DNA of 64,000 nucleotides from Kofleriaceae bacterium (GTDB lineage Bacteria; Myxococcota_A; Polyangia; Haliangiales; Haliangiaceae): NCBI GenBank assembly GCA_020633495.1, contig JACKDR010000001.1, positions 502,105 to 566,104 of the forward strand, read 5' to 3'. Shown piece by piece: positions 54,831 to 64,000 of this stretch (position 1 is its first letter; each line of letters starts with the position of its first letter). The notes under the pieces were generated by a model. It saw only the letters and a program-made list of their open reading frames with translations, ran no database searches and was not told where the DNA came from. The position numbers and the translations under genes were made by a program.

Positions 54831-56183
54831 CTACCGGCTCCGCACCGGGGTCGCGCGCAGGTGGCGCGCGATCAGCATCGCCAGCTCGAGCGCCTGCTCG
54901 TAGTTGAGGCGGGGATCGACCCGCGACCGGTAGGCGCGCTCGAGATCGGCCTCGACCAGGCCGCTGGCGCCGCCGATGCACTCGGTGACGTTCTCGCCGG
55001 TGAGCTCGAAGTGGATGCCGCCCAGGGTCGAGCCCAGCTCCTCGTGGATCGCGAAGCTCTCCTCGATCTCGGCCTGGATCTTGTCGAAGCGGCGGGTCTT
55101 GTAGCCCGACGCCAGGGTCTCGGTGTTGCCGTGCATGGGATCGCTGACCCACAGCGGCGTGCGGCCGGCGCGGCGCACCGCCTCGACCAGCGGCGGCAGC
55201 CCGGCCGCGACCTTGCCGGCGCCCATCCGGGCGATCAGCGTGATCCGCCCCGGGATGCGATCCGGATCGAGGACGTCGAGCAGCTCGGTCAGCCACTCGG
55301 CGGTCATCGCCGGGCCGATCTTGATGCCGAGCGGGTTGCGGATGCCGCGGTGGAACTCGACGTGGGCGCCGTCGAGCTGGGCGGTGCGCATGCCGATCCA
55401 CGGCATGTGGGTCGACAGGTTGTACCAGCCGTCGCGGCGCGGCACCTGGCGGGTCTGCGCCGCCTCGTAGTGCAGCGCCAGGCCCTCGTGGCTGGTGAAC
55501 AGCTCGACCCGCTTGAGGATCGCCGCGTCGAGGCCGGTGACCCGCGACACGAACGACACCGCGTCGCGGATCGACTCGACGATCTTCTCGTACTCGCCGG
55601 CGTGGCGGGCGTCGCGCGCGAACGAGATGTCCCAGTACTCCGGGTGGTGGAGATCGGCGAAGCCGCCGTCGGTGAGGGCGCGGATGAAGTTGAGCGTGAG
55701 GCCGGCGCGCTCGTAGGCGCGCAGCATCAGCATCGGGTCCGGCGTCCGGTCCTCCTCGGTGAACGCCTCGCGGTTGACCAGGTCGCCGCGGTACGCCGGC
55801 AGGGTCACGCCGTCGCGGGTCTCGTTGTCGGCGGAGCGCGGCTTGGCGTACTGGCCGGCGATGCGGCCGACGCGGATGACCTGGCGGCGGGTGCCGTGGA
55901 CCAGCACCAGCGACATCTGCAAGAGGATCTTCAGCTTGGCCGCGATCGACTCGGAGCGGCAGTCGTCGAAGCTCTCGGCGCAGTCGCCGCCCTGCAGCAG
56001 GAAGGCCTCGCCGCGGGCGGCGCGGCCGAGCTCGTCGCGGAGCGCCTCGATCTCCCACGACGTGACCAGCGGCGGCAGCGCGCGGATCTCGCCGATCGCG
56101 CGCTGCAGCGCGTCGCGGTCGGGGTAGACCGGCTGCTGCGCGGCGACGCGCGCCTGCCACGAATCGGGACTCCAGTCGGACAT
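54831..56183 (-). CDS. class II 3-deoxy-7-phosphoheptulonate (DAHP) synthase
   Basis: 450 aa. LLQGGDCAESF, RIAGQYAKPRS, VSDPMHGNT, IHFELTGENVTEC. Confidence 0.9.
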   Translation of the reverse strand: MSDWSPDSWQARVAAQQPVYPDRDALQRAIGEIRALPPLVTSWEIEALRDELGRAARGEAFLLQGGDCAESFDDCRSESIAAKLKILLQMSLVLVHGTRRQVIRVGRIAGQYAKPRSADNETRDGVTLPAYRGDLVNREAFTEEDRTPDPMLMLRAYERAGLTLNFIRALTDGGFADLHHPEYWDISFARDARHAGEYEKIVESIRDAVSFVSRVTGLDAAILKRVELFTSHEGLALHYEAAQTRQVPRRDGWYNLSTHMPWIGMRTAQLDGAHVEFHRGIRNPLGIKIGPAMTAEWLTELLDVLDPDRIPGRITLIARMGAGKVAAGLPPLVEAVRRAGRTPLWVSDPMHGNTETLASGYKTRRFDKIQAEIEESFAIHEELGSTLGGIHFELTGENVTECIGGASGLVEADLERAYRSRVDPRLNYEQALELAMLIARHLRATPVRSR

Positions 56184-56267
56184 GACGCGGGACCATAGCG
56201 CGAAGTCGCGGCGGCCGCGCCAGCCTCTTCGACGGGGCGGCGGTGAAGCCGGGTCGGCGCGCGCCGC

Positions 56268-57425
56268 GTGATACCCTGCCCTCCGGTGTCCGCACCCTTC
56301 CACTCCGACGACGTCGCCCGGCAGCTCGACTACTGCTCGTACTGCCCCAAGATGTGCCGCCACGCCTGCCCGGTGTCGACCGCCTCGGGGCGCGAGACCT
56401 GGATCCCGCAGGCCAAGATGGACCGGCTGAACTGGCTGCGGCGCGGCCAGCTGCCGTGGACCACCGAGAACACCGATCCGCTGTGGGCGTGCACCGGCTG
56501 CCGCCACTGCACGTCGTACTGCGATCACGGCAACGAGCCCGGGCTGGTGCTGCTGGCCGGGCGCGCCGCCGCGGTGGCGCGCGGCGTCGGCCACCCGGCG
56601 CTCGAGGGCTACGGCGATCGCTTCCGCGCCCGCGACGAGCGCCTGGTGGCGCGCGCCCACGAGGCCTTCGACGCCGACCGCTTCGCCGAGGACGGCCAGG
56701 TCGGGTTCTGGCCCGGCTGCGACGCCGTCGACAAGGGCGCCGCCGACGTCGCCGCCGCGCTCGCCGTGTTCGACAAGGTCGGGCTCGGCCACGTCCGCCT
56801 GGTCGACGCGCCGCAGTCGTGCGCCGGCTACCCGCTGCTGGCCGCCGGCTACCCGGATCTGTTCCGGTGGCACGCCGGCAAGGTCGCGGCGTCGCTGCGC
56901 CGCTTCAAGACCGTCGTCATCAACTGCTCGGCGTGCCTGTACACGCTGCGCGCCCAGTACCCCGCCGAGGGCGTGTCGCTGCCGACCGAGATCCTGTCGC
57001 TGGCCGAGCTGATGGCCCAGGCGTCGGCGCAGATCCCGCGCCCGACCACGCGCAAGACCGTCTACTACCACGACCCCTGCCACCACGCGCGCTACACCCA
57101 GGTGATCGAGCCGCCCCGGCGCGTCCTCGAGCAGGTCGCCGACGTCCGCGAGCTGGCGTGGTCCAAGGGCGACACCGAGTGCTGCGGCGGCGCCGGCCTG
57201 TTGCCCAAGACGATGCCGACCACCGCCGACGCGATGGCGCGGCGCCGCCTCGCCGAGGTCGCGGCCCAGGGCGGCGGCATGGTCGTGACGTCGTGCGCGA
57301 CCTGCACGTTCATGCTGCGGCGCAACGCCCCGGCCGGCGTCGAGGTCGCCGACCTGCCGACCGCGGTCGCCGAGCTGACCGGCACGCCGTTCATGCTGCC
57401 GGCGCTCGCCGACGACGAGCCGTAG
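56268..57425 (+). CDS. (Fe-S)-binding CCG-domain oxidoreductase (GlcF/LutA/HdrD-like)
   Basis: Two ferredoxin-like Cys clusters ([24 protein letters not shown]) and two CCG-type clusters (CSACLYT..., ...CCGGAG..., ...SCATCTFM). Confidence 0.8.
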   Translation: MIPCPPVSAPFHSDDVARQLDYCSYCPKMCRHACPVSTASGRETWIPQAKMDRLNWLRRGQLPWTTENTDPLWACTGCRHCTSYCDHGNEPGLVLLAGRAAAVARGVGHPALEGYGDRFRARDERLVARAHEAFDADRFAEDGQVGFWPGCDAVDKGAADVAAALAVFDKVGLGHVRLVDAPQSCAGYPLLAAGYPDLFRWHAGKVAASLRRFKTVVINCSACLYTLRAQYPAEGVSLPTEILSLAELMAQASAQIPRPTTRKTVYYHDPCHHARYTQVIEPPRRVLEQVADVRELAWSKGDTECCGGAGLLPKTMPTTADAMARRRLAEVAAQGGGMVVTSCATCTFMLRRNAPAGVEVADLPTAVAELTGTPFMLPALADDEP

Positions 57426-57439
57426 CGCGCCGCGCGCGG

Positions 57440-58078
57440 TCAGGTCGCGGCGGCCGCGGCGCGGGCGTCGCGGCGCCACGCCTGCATCGCCGGCAGCGCC
57501 TCGATCGCGTCGACGTAGGCGCGGCAGACGTCGTCCATCGCGACGCCGTAGGTCTGGAACCGGGTCGCCACCGGCGCGTACATGGCGTCGGCGATGGTGA
57601 AGGCGCCGAACAGGAACGGGCCGCCGTCGCCGGCGTGGGCGCGGCAGTCGCGCCAGATCTCCATGACGCGGGCGGCGTCGGCGAGGGCGTCGGCGGTGTG
57701 GCCCTCGCCCGGGTGCGCGGTCACGAGATCCATCGGCATGTCGCGGCGCAGCGCCGCGAAGCCGGCGTGCATCTCGGCGGACACCGCGCGGGCGCGGGCG
57801 CGGATCGCCGGCGCCGCCGGCCACAGCCCGGCGGCCGGCGCCAGCTCGGCGACGTACTCGCAGATCGCCAGCGAGTCCCAGATGACGAGGTCGCCGTGGA
57901 CCAGCACCGGGACCCGACCGCTGGGCGACGCCTCGAGCAGGCGGGCCCGCGAGTCGGGGCGATCGAGGACGATCGTCCGGTCCTCGCACGGCAGGCGAGC
58001 GTGGGCGATCGCCAGGTACGGGCGCAGCGACCACGACGACAGGTGCTTGGTTCCGACGTGCAGGATCAGCGCGGGCAT
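57440..58078 (-). CDS. glutathione S-transferase
   Basis: 212 aa. N-terminal thioredoxin-like GST fold (SSWSLRP...VPVL). C-terminal helical domain. Confidence 0.8.
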   Translation of the reverse strand: MPALILHVGTKHLSSWSLRPYLAIAHARLPCEDRTIVLDRPDSRARLLEASPSGRVPVLVHGDLVIWDSLAICEYVAELAPAAGLWPAAPAIRARARAVSAEMHAGFAALRRDMPMDLVTAHPGEGHTADALADAARVMEIWRDCRAHAGDGGPFLFGAFTIADAMYAPVATRFQTYGVAMDDVCRAYVDAIEALPAMQAWRRDARAAAAAT

Positions 58079-58106
58079 GGGCCCGACTGTACCCGCCGTG
58101 GCGCGA

Positions 58107-59875
58107 TCAGCACGCGTCGTCGTCCGGCCACGCGTCGCGCGGCAGCGCGTAGGCGTCGCGCAGCGCGGCCAGCGCGACGACGCGATCGCCGCGACGCGCG
58201 GCGGCGGCGGCGCGATCGAGGGCGCGGCCGGCCGGCGGCAGCGGCAGCGGCGTCAGGTACGCGGTCTTGAGCCGCAGGTAGCCGCCGCGCAGCGGCACGC
58301 CGGCGACGCCGAGCCACAGCGCGACCACCGGCGACGACAGCACCAGCGCCAGCAGCCACGGGTCGACGTGGGCCGCCACGACCGCGCCCGCCGCCGCCGT
58401 CGCGGCCGCGCCCACCGGGTCGGCGCGGCCGCGCACCGCGTAGGCGCTGTCGAGCACCAGCGCGCCGCGGTCGTCGACCAGGGCGCGGCCGGCGCGGGCG
58501 ACGTCGGGGACCACGACCTTGGCGGCGGCGTCGGCGTGGAAGATCAGGTTCTGCGGCCGGCCGAAGGCGTGGAAGGCGGGGCCGGCGAAGCGGCCGTCCT
58601 CGCGGGCCTCGAGGACGTCGCGGTGGCGGCGCAGGTGGGCCGCGGCGCGCGGCCAGCGGCGGGCCAGCTCCGCCATCGGGATCAGGGTCGCGCCGTCGTA
58701 CGGCACCAGGCACCGCGGGTGCGCGACCGCCTCGTCGACGCGGCCGCCGGTGGCGACGTCGCGGCCGCGCAGGCACGGCCGGGTCGCGCGGCGCGCTCGA
58801 CCTCGACGGTCGCGCCGTCGCGCGGCGACCGGCCGCGGACGTGGTCGCCCCGCGTCGTGCAGGCCTCGAGCACGTAGACGCCGTCGGCGTTGGTGCCGGC
58901 GCCCTTGACGATGCGCGCGACGTCGCCGAGCGCGACGCCGCGGCCGGCCAGGTCGCGGCAGCGCGCAGCTGCGGCGGCGCCGACGCGCGAGCACCCACGG
59001 CGCCGCGCCCAGCGTCGCGGCCGCGACCTCGCCGACGCTCCACCCGGCGGCGTCGAGGCGCGCGACCTCGAGCGCGGCTGGCGGCGCGGCGCCGCGGCCG
59101 AGCAGCGCGACGCACGCGTAGGTGGTGGCGTCGGGGAAGACCTGCTCGGCGCCGAAGTCGATCACGCCGCGCACCGCGCCGGCCGCGGCCAGGTGGGCGC
59201 GCAGCGGCGCGGCGAAGCCGCCGGTCAGCCAGCGCGACGGCACCACCAGGCCGGCGCGGCCGCCGGGGCGCAGCCAGTCGAGGTGCGCTCGAGGAACGCG
59301 CCGTACAGATCCCACTCGCCGTGCGAGGTCGCGGCGAGGGCGCCGCGCAGCGCGGCCCACAGCGCCGGGTCGGCGCGGCGCAGCCGGATCGAGCGCACGT
59401 ACGGCGGGTTACCGACGACGGCGTCGACGTCGCGCGCCGCCGCCGGCGGCGCCAGCAGGGCCTCGGCGACCGCGACCTCGGCGCCGACCTGGGCCAGGCC
59501 GCGGCGGCCAGCGCCGGATCGCGCTCGACGCCGATCAGGCAGGCGGCGGCGGCGCGGCGCCGCCACGCCGCGTCGGTGCGGGCGCGCGCGGCCGGCGGCG
59601 GCGGCGGCGATGACGTCGAGCGCGGCGGCCAGGAACGCGCCGTCGCCGCACGCCGGATCGAGGACGCGCAGCCGCGGCACGCCGGTGCGCCACGTCGCCG
59701 CCGCCAGCAGCGGCGCCAGCACCTCGCGGCACACCGCCTCGGCCAGCGGCGCCGGCGTGAAGTAGACCCCGGCGCCGCGACGGCGGGTCCGCTCGGCGCC
59801 GGCGGGCGCGGCGCCGCCGTCGCCACCGGCGCGCAGCCGGGCGCGCAGCGCGTCGAGCTCGGCGATCGCGATCAT
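58107..59875 (-). pseudogene. M.TaqI-like (gamma-class) N6-adenine DNA methyltransferase with target-recognition domain, disrupted by at least three frameshifts
   Basis: Frame 1 carries GVYFTPAPLAEAV...VLDPACGDGAFLAAAL. The expected GVExD block (CLIGVERDPALAAAAW) is in frame 0. Frame 1 resumes with VVGNPPYV...GEWDLYGAFLER and hits a stop at 59225. LDWLRPGGRAGLVVPSRWL plus the TRD continue in frame 2 to 58107. The start ATG overlaps the ldh stop (ATGA). Confidence 0.65.
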
Positions 59876-60786
59876 CGCGCTCGCAGCGACGCCCGCGCCG
59901 CGTGCAGGACCTCGGCCGAGCGGGCCAGCGCGTCGCGCTCGGCGGCGTCGAGATCGGGGACGACGATCGTCGTGGCGCCGTCGCGGCCGACCACCGCCGG
60001 CAGCGACAGCGCGACGCCGCGGACGCCGGCGGCGCCGTCCTGGACCCGCGACACGGTCAGGACCCGCCGCTCGTCGCGCAGGCTCCACCGCAGGAACGCG
60101 GCGGTGACCAGGCCGATCGCGTGGTTGGTGGCGCCCTTGCGCTCGATGATCTCGTAGGCCGCGCGCCGCACCTCGTGCGCGATCGCGGCCTCGCGGGCCG
60201 CCGACCAGCCGTCCCAGCGGCGGACCCCGCGGCCGCCGACCGCCGCGCTCGACCACAGCACCGCCTCGGAGTCGCCGTGCTCGCCGACGATCTGGGCGTG
60301 GACCGAGCGCGGCTCGACGCCGAGCTCGCGACCGAGCACCTGGCGCAGGCGCGCGGTGTCGAGCATCGTGCCGGTGCCGATCACGCGCGCCGCCGGCAGC
60401 TCCGACGCCTCGGTCGCGATCTGGGTGAGGACGTCGACCGGGTTGGACACCACGACCAGCAGGCCGCGCAGGCCGCGCAGCTCGCCGGCCAGGGTCGCGA
60501 CCAGCGCGGCGTTGTCGCGCAGGAGCTCGAGCCGCGACTGCTCGGGCCGGCCGCCCCGCCCCGCCGCCAGCACGACCGCGTCGCAGTCGCGCATGTCCTC
60601 GACCGCGGCGGCCCGGACCGCGGCGCTGGGGTAGAACGCGGCGCCGTGCGCCAGGTCCATGGCCTCGCCCTCGGCCAGCCCGGGCCGCGCGTCGGCCAGC
60701 AGCAGCTCGCGCGCGATCCCGGTCTGCAGGGTGGAGATCGCGACGCTGGTGCCGACCCGGCCGAGCCCGACGATGCCGATCTTCAT
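59872..60786 (-). CDS. L-lactate/malate dehydrogenase family protein
   Basis: MKIGIVGLGRVGTSVA Rossmann fold. SNPVDVLT. Catalytic GEHGDS region. Confidence 0.85.
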   Translation of the reverse strand: MKIGIVGLGRVGTSVAISTLQTGIARELLLADARPGLAEGEAMDLAHGAAFYPSAAVRAAAVEDMRDCDAVVLAAGRGGRPEQSRLELLRDNAALVATLAGELRGLRGLLVVVSNPVDVLTQIATEASELPAARVIGTGTMLDTARLRQVLGRELGVEPRSVHAQIVGEHGDSEAVLWSSAAVGGRGVRRWDGWSAAREAAIAHEVRRAAYEIIERKGATNHAIGLVTAAFLRWSLRDERRVLTVSRVQDGAAGVRGVALSLPAVVGRDGATTIVVPDLDAAERDALARSAEVLHAARASLRAR

Positions 60787-60833
60787 GCGCGCATCGTAGG
60801 GCGCGCCGGCCCGGGCGGTATAGTCGGCCGCGC

Positions 60834-61775
60834 ATGGGATCCCCGCGCACCGTCGTGATCGTCAACCCGCGCTCGCAGGGCGGCCAGGCCGGCAAGGACT
60901 GGCCGTACCTCGCCGAGCGCATCCGCCGCTCGGTCGCCTTCGACGAGGCCCTGACCCGGGCGCCCGGCGACGCCACCCGCCTGGCCCGCGAGGCGTTGCG
61001 CGGCGGCGCCGAGCGCGTCATCGCGCTGGGCGGCGACGGCACCATCAACGAGGTCGTCAACGGGTTCTTCGAGGACGGCGCGCCGATCGCGCCGCACGCC
61101 GCGATGGGCCTGGTGCCGTACGGCACCGGCGGCGACTTCCGCAAGACCGTGCGCGTGCCCAAGGACCTCGACGACGCGGTCGCGATCCTCGCCGCCGATC
61201 GGCGCCGCACCATCGACGTCGGCCGGCTCGACCTGACCACCGCCGACGGCGGCCGCGCCGTGCGCATGTTCGTCAACATCGCGTCGTTCGGGATGTCGGG
61301 GGTCGTCGATCGCCTGGTCAACAAGTCGAAGAAGCGGTTCGGCCGGCTGTCGTTCCTGGCCGCGACCACCCGCGGCATGCTGCGCTACGACAACCAGCGG
61401 GTCCGGATCACCTTCGACGGCAACGCCGCCGACGCGCTCGAGATGACGATCAACACGGTCGCGGTGGCCAACGGCCGCTACTTCGGCGGCGGCATGATGG
61501 TCGCGCCCGACGCCGAGCTCGACGACGGCTTCTTCGACGTCGTCGCGATCGGCGACGTCGGCTTCCTCGACATGGTGATCAAGAGCCGGCGCCTCTACGC
61601 CGGCACCCACCTGAGCACCAAGGAGGTGTCGGCGCGGCGCGCCCGCGTCGTCACCGCCGAGCCGGCCAGCCCCGGCGAGGTCGTCGAGCTCGACGTCGAC
61701 GGCGAGACCCCGGGGCAGCTGCCGGCGACGTTCACGATCGTGCCGCAGGCGCTGTCGGTCGTGGTCCCGGGCTGA
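60834..61775 (+). CDS. YegS/DagK-family lipid kinase (diacylglycerol-kinase catalytic domain)
   Basis: VVIVNPRSQGG...ALGGDGTINEVVNG...GLVPYGTGGDF. Confidence 0.8.
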   Translation: MGSPRTVVIVNPRSQGGQAGKDWPYLAERIRRSVAFDEALTRAPGDATRLAREALRGGAERVIALGGDGTINEVVNGFFEDGAPIAPHAAMGLVPYGTGGDFRKTVRVPKDLDDAVAILAADRRRTIDVGRLDLTTADGGRAVRMFVNIASFGMSGVVDRLVNKSKKRFGRLSFLAATTRGMLRYDNQRVRITFDGNAADALEMTINTVAVANGRYFGGGMMVAPDAELDDGFFDVVAIGDVGFLDMVIKSRRLYAGTHLSTKEVSARRARVVTAEPASPGEVVELDVDGETPGQLPATFTIVPQALSVVVPG

Positions 61776-61821
61776 GCCCGGCCCGGCGCCGGCCCGGTCG
61801 GCCACGCGGCCGCGGGCGGCT

Positions 61822-61858
61822 AGTTGCACGAACAACCTTTATGGTTGCACGCGCAACC
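61822..61858 (+). promoter_or_regulatory. two palindromic GTTGC-N-GCAAC boxes 20 bp apart (candidate MarR operator)
   Basis: GTTGCACGAACAAC and GTTGCACGCGCAAC, in an AT-richer patch overlapping the first in-frame ATG of the MarR ORF. Confidence 0.4.
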
Positions 61859-61882
61859 GTTCCGTGGGAGCGTCGGCGCGCC

Positions 61883-62335
61883 ATGGAGGATCGGTTTCGC
61901 GCCCTGCTGCAGCGGTTCATCCGCGAGCTCGGCGTGCTGTCGCCGGACCGGACCCCGTGCGGCAAGGCGCTGGCGCCGTCGGAGGCCCACGCGCTGATGG
62001 TGCTGCGCGCCGCCGGCGACGGCCTGCGCCAGGGCGAGCTGGCCGCCCGGCTCGGCCTCGACAAGAGCTCGGCGAGCCGGCTGGTGGCGCGGCTGCGCGA
62101 CCGCGGCCACCTCGGCGACGCCCGCGGCGACGGCGACGGCCGGGCCCGGCCGGTGCGCCTGACCGCGCGCGGCGAGCGCCTCGCCGCCGAGCTCGACGGC
62201 GCCAGCCGCGACCTGTTCGCCGCCCTGCTCGGCGGCATCCCGGCGGGCCGCCGCCGCGACGTCATCGCCGCGCTCGACGAGCTGGTCGGCTCGCTGGAGC
62301 GCCTCACGCTGCGCCGCCCCGAGGACGAACCATGA
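61883..62335 (+). CDS. MarR family transcriptional regulator
   Basis: Winged HTH (LRQGELAARLGLDKSSASRLVARLRDRGHL...RPVRLTARG). Start moved to ATG 61883, past the operator. Confidence 0.8.
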   Translation: MEDRFRALLQRFIRELGVLSPDRTPCGKALAPSEAHALMVLRAAGDGLRQGELAARLGLDKSSASRLVARLRDRGHLGDARGDGDGRARPVRLTARGERLAAELDGASRDLFAALLGGIPAGRRRDVIAALDELVGSLERLTLRRPEDEP

Positions 62336-62973
62336 TGGCTTCGAGATCGCATCGCCCACCGTCGCTGACCACCTCCCTGCTGCTCGCCGCCGCCGCGCTC
62401 GCCGCGTGCAAGGGCGCGAGCGCGCCCGCCGCCGCGCCGCCGGTCGGCTCGGCCGCCGCGCCCCCGACCGCCGCCACGCCCGCCGCGCCGGCGCCCACCG
62501 ACGACGCCTACGACACCCGGACGCCGGTGCCGATGCCGCCGATGATGGCCGCCCACCACAAGCAGCAGATGCGCGACCACCTGCTCGCGATCCAGGAGAT
62601 CACCGCCGCGCTCGCCACCGACGACTTCGCCGCGGTCGAAGCGTCGGCCGGGCGGATCGCCTGGTCCGAGGAGCAGGCGATGATGTGCCAGCACATGGGC
62701 GCCGGCACGCCCGGCTTCGGCGATCTCGGCGAGGCGTTCCACCACACCGCCGACGGCATCGTCACGGCGGCCCGCGACCGCGACCGCGCCGGCGTCCTGA
62801 CCGCGCTGGGCGCGACCCTGCAGACCTGCACCGGCTGCCACGAGACCTATCGCCAGGTCGTGGTCGCCGACGGCGGCGGCATGCCCGGCGCCGGCATGCC
62901 CGGCGCCGGCGGTCCGGGCCCGATGCCAGGGATGCACGGCGGCGGCGCGCCCGGCGCGATGCACGGGCGATGA
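62332..62973 (+). CDS. class II c-type cytochrome-like (cytochrome c'-like) lipoprotein
   Basis: ATGA-coupled to marR. Lipobox LAACKG. Ala/Pro linker. About 105-aa helical domain ending in CTGCHETYR, a C-terminal CxxCH. Gly/Met/Pro-rich tail. Confidence 0.55.
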   Translation: MMASRSHRPPSLTTSLLLAAAALAACKGASAPAAAPPVGSAAAPPTAATPAAPAPTDDAYDTRTPVPMPPMMAAHHKQQMRDHLLAIQEITAALATDDFAAVEASAGRIAWSEEQAMMCQHMGAGTPGFGDLGEAFHHTADGIVTAARDRDRAGVLTALGATLQTCTGCHETYRQVVVADGGGMPGAGMPGAGGPGPMPGMHGGGAPGAMHGR

Positions 62974-62992
62974 CCGGCGCGCCGACCGGGCG

Positions 62993-63619
<627 letters not shown>

Positions 63620-63622
63620 GGT

Positions 63623-64000
63623 TCAGTCTTCCTCGCGGCCGCCCTTGCCGACGGTCCCGAGCTCGGGATCGAGGCGAGGCAGGTCGCGGGAGGTCGGCAC
63701 GCGGCTGACCTGCGAGTGCTCGGTGGGCGTGCGCGCCACGGCGCGGTTGCCTTCCTCCTCGCGCCGCCGCGTGATGATCTCGACGATCTCGCGGTGGCTG
63801 AGGCCGCCGGACGGGCGGATCGTCACCGCCGCCTGCTGGCCGCTCTTGAGCTCGCGCGCGGTCACCGCGAGGATCGACTCGACGTCGATGGTCAAGCTGA
63901 GCTCGACCCGCACCGAGCCCGGCGGCCCCGGCGGCAGGCCGTCGAGCGTGACCTGCCCGAGCTTGCGGTTCTTGGTCACGTCGTCGCTCTCGCCCTGGTA
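63623..64000 (-). CDS. Hsp70 family chaperone, 3' part only (gene continues beyond the window end)
   Basis: LGQVTLDGLPPGPPGSVRVELSLTIDVESILAVTARELKSGQQAAVTIRPSGGLSHREIVEI matches the Hsp70 substrate-binding-domain consensus. The N-terminus lies off-window. Confidence 0.7.
   Translation of the reverse strand, partial: YQGESDDVTKNRKLGQVTLDGLPPGPPGSVRVELSLTIDVESILAVTARELKSGQQAAVTIRPSGGLSHREIVEIITRRREEEGNRAVARTPTEHSQVSRVPTSRDLPRLDPELGTVGKGGREED

Noticed and set aside
54010-56295. 761-aa minus-strand and 54177..56198(+) 673-aa ORFs covering the membrane-protein and DAHP-synthase region
   Set aside because: Alternate frame and antisense of two well-supported genes. Composition Arg/Gly/Asp-rich.
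58107-59875. Complete restriction-modification system
   Set aside because: Only a methyltransferase with a TRD is present. The flanking genes are ldh and GST. There is no endonuclease-like ORF, and no PD-(D/E)xK or HNH next to it.
58066-61378. Long minus-strand ORFs (586 aa and 717 aa) over GST, the methyltransferase and ldh
   Set aside because: Only sub-segments of each frame carry methyltransferase motifs. The remainder is Arg-rich read-through. I interpret them as one frameshifted methyltransferase gene, not two long proteins.

Overview
This is a very high-GC window (70%+ by eye), with the codon bias and lipoprotein abundance typical of a myxobacterial chromosome. It also carries a delta-60 repeat lipoprotein, which is a myxobacterial hallmark. 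Because stop codons are rare at this GC content, the six-frame track is dominated by long spurious Arg/Ala-rich ORFs on both strands. Real genes were picked by recognisable domains, signal/lipobox peptides, RBS and operon logic.

Housekeeping content:
- Apolipoprotein N-acyltransferase (lnt).
- A complete recC-recB-recD operon, with an ATGA overlap between recC and recB.
- An HSL-type esterase.
- An Rrf2 regulator flanked by two copies of a palindromic AT-rich box.
- Cystathionine beta-synthase.
- B12-dependent methionine synthase (metH).
- A 5'-nucleotidase / lipoprotein / outer-membrane barrel operon.
- Pyruvate kinase.
- Class II DAHP synthase.
- A CCG-domain Fe-S oxidoreductase.
- Glutathione S-transferase (GST).
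- Lactate/malate dehydrogenase (ldh/mdh family).
- A YegS-like lipid kinase.
- A MarR regulator gene followed by a cytochrome c'-like gene.
- A GbsR-type regulator.
- The 3' end of an Hsp70 gene running off the window.

Accessory content is concentrated in two islands.

The first island runs from about 32.2 to 47.7 kb. It contains:
- A lamin-tail-domain lipoprotein full of short tandem repeats.
- A beta-propeller-like lipoprotein.
- A 659-aa lipoprotein with a Ser/Gly linker.
- An array of nine paralogous Cys-rich lipoproteins that share shuffled sequence modules. I could not assign this family to any family I know.
- Two different IS5-superfamily elements nested back-to-back at a CTAG site inside that array.

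The second island runs from about 17.9 to 23.4 kb. It contains:
- A SAM-methyltransferase remnant.
- A receiver-like / J-domain / TPR protein.
- A roughly 640-bp non-coding block of 47-bp tandem repeats with a long imperfect palindrome.
- An extremely acidic protein divergent from a small SAM methyltransferase, which is interrupted at a G8 tract and is followed by a coupled 497-aa unknown.

Several accessory genes are broken by frameshifts, while about 25 kb of large housekeeping ORFs are intact:
- A BoNT/NleD-like HExxHAxHxLxG zincin peptidase has two compensating shifts.
- The G8 SAM methyltransferase.
- The repeat-rich LTD lipoprotein.
- One member of the lipoprotein family.
- An M.TaqI-like DNA methyltransferase, with at least three shifts, which is ATGA-coupled to ldh.

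I read this pattern as real gene decay or contingency loci rather than random sequencing error, but it needs read-level confirmation.

No CRISPR array, rRNA or tRNA gene was recognised.
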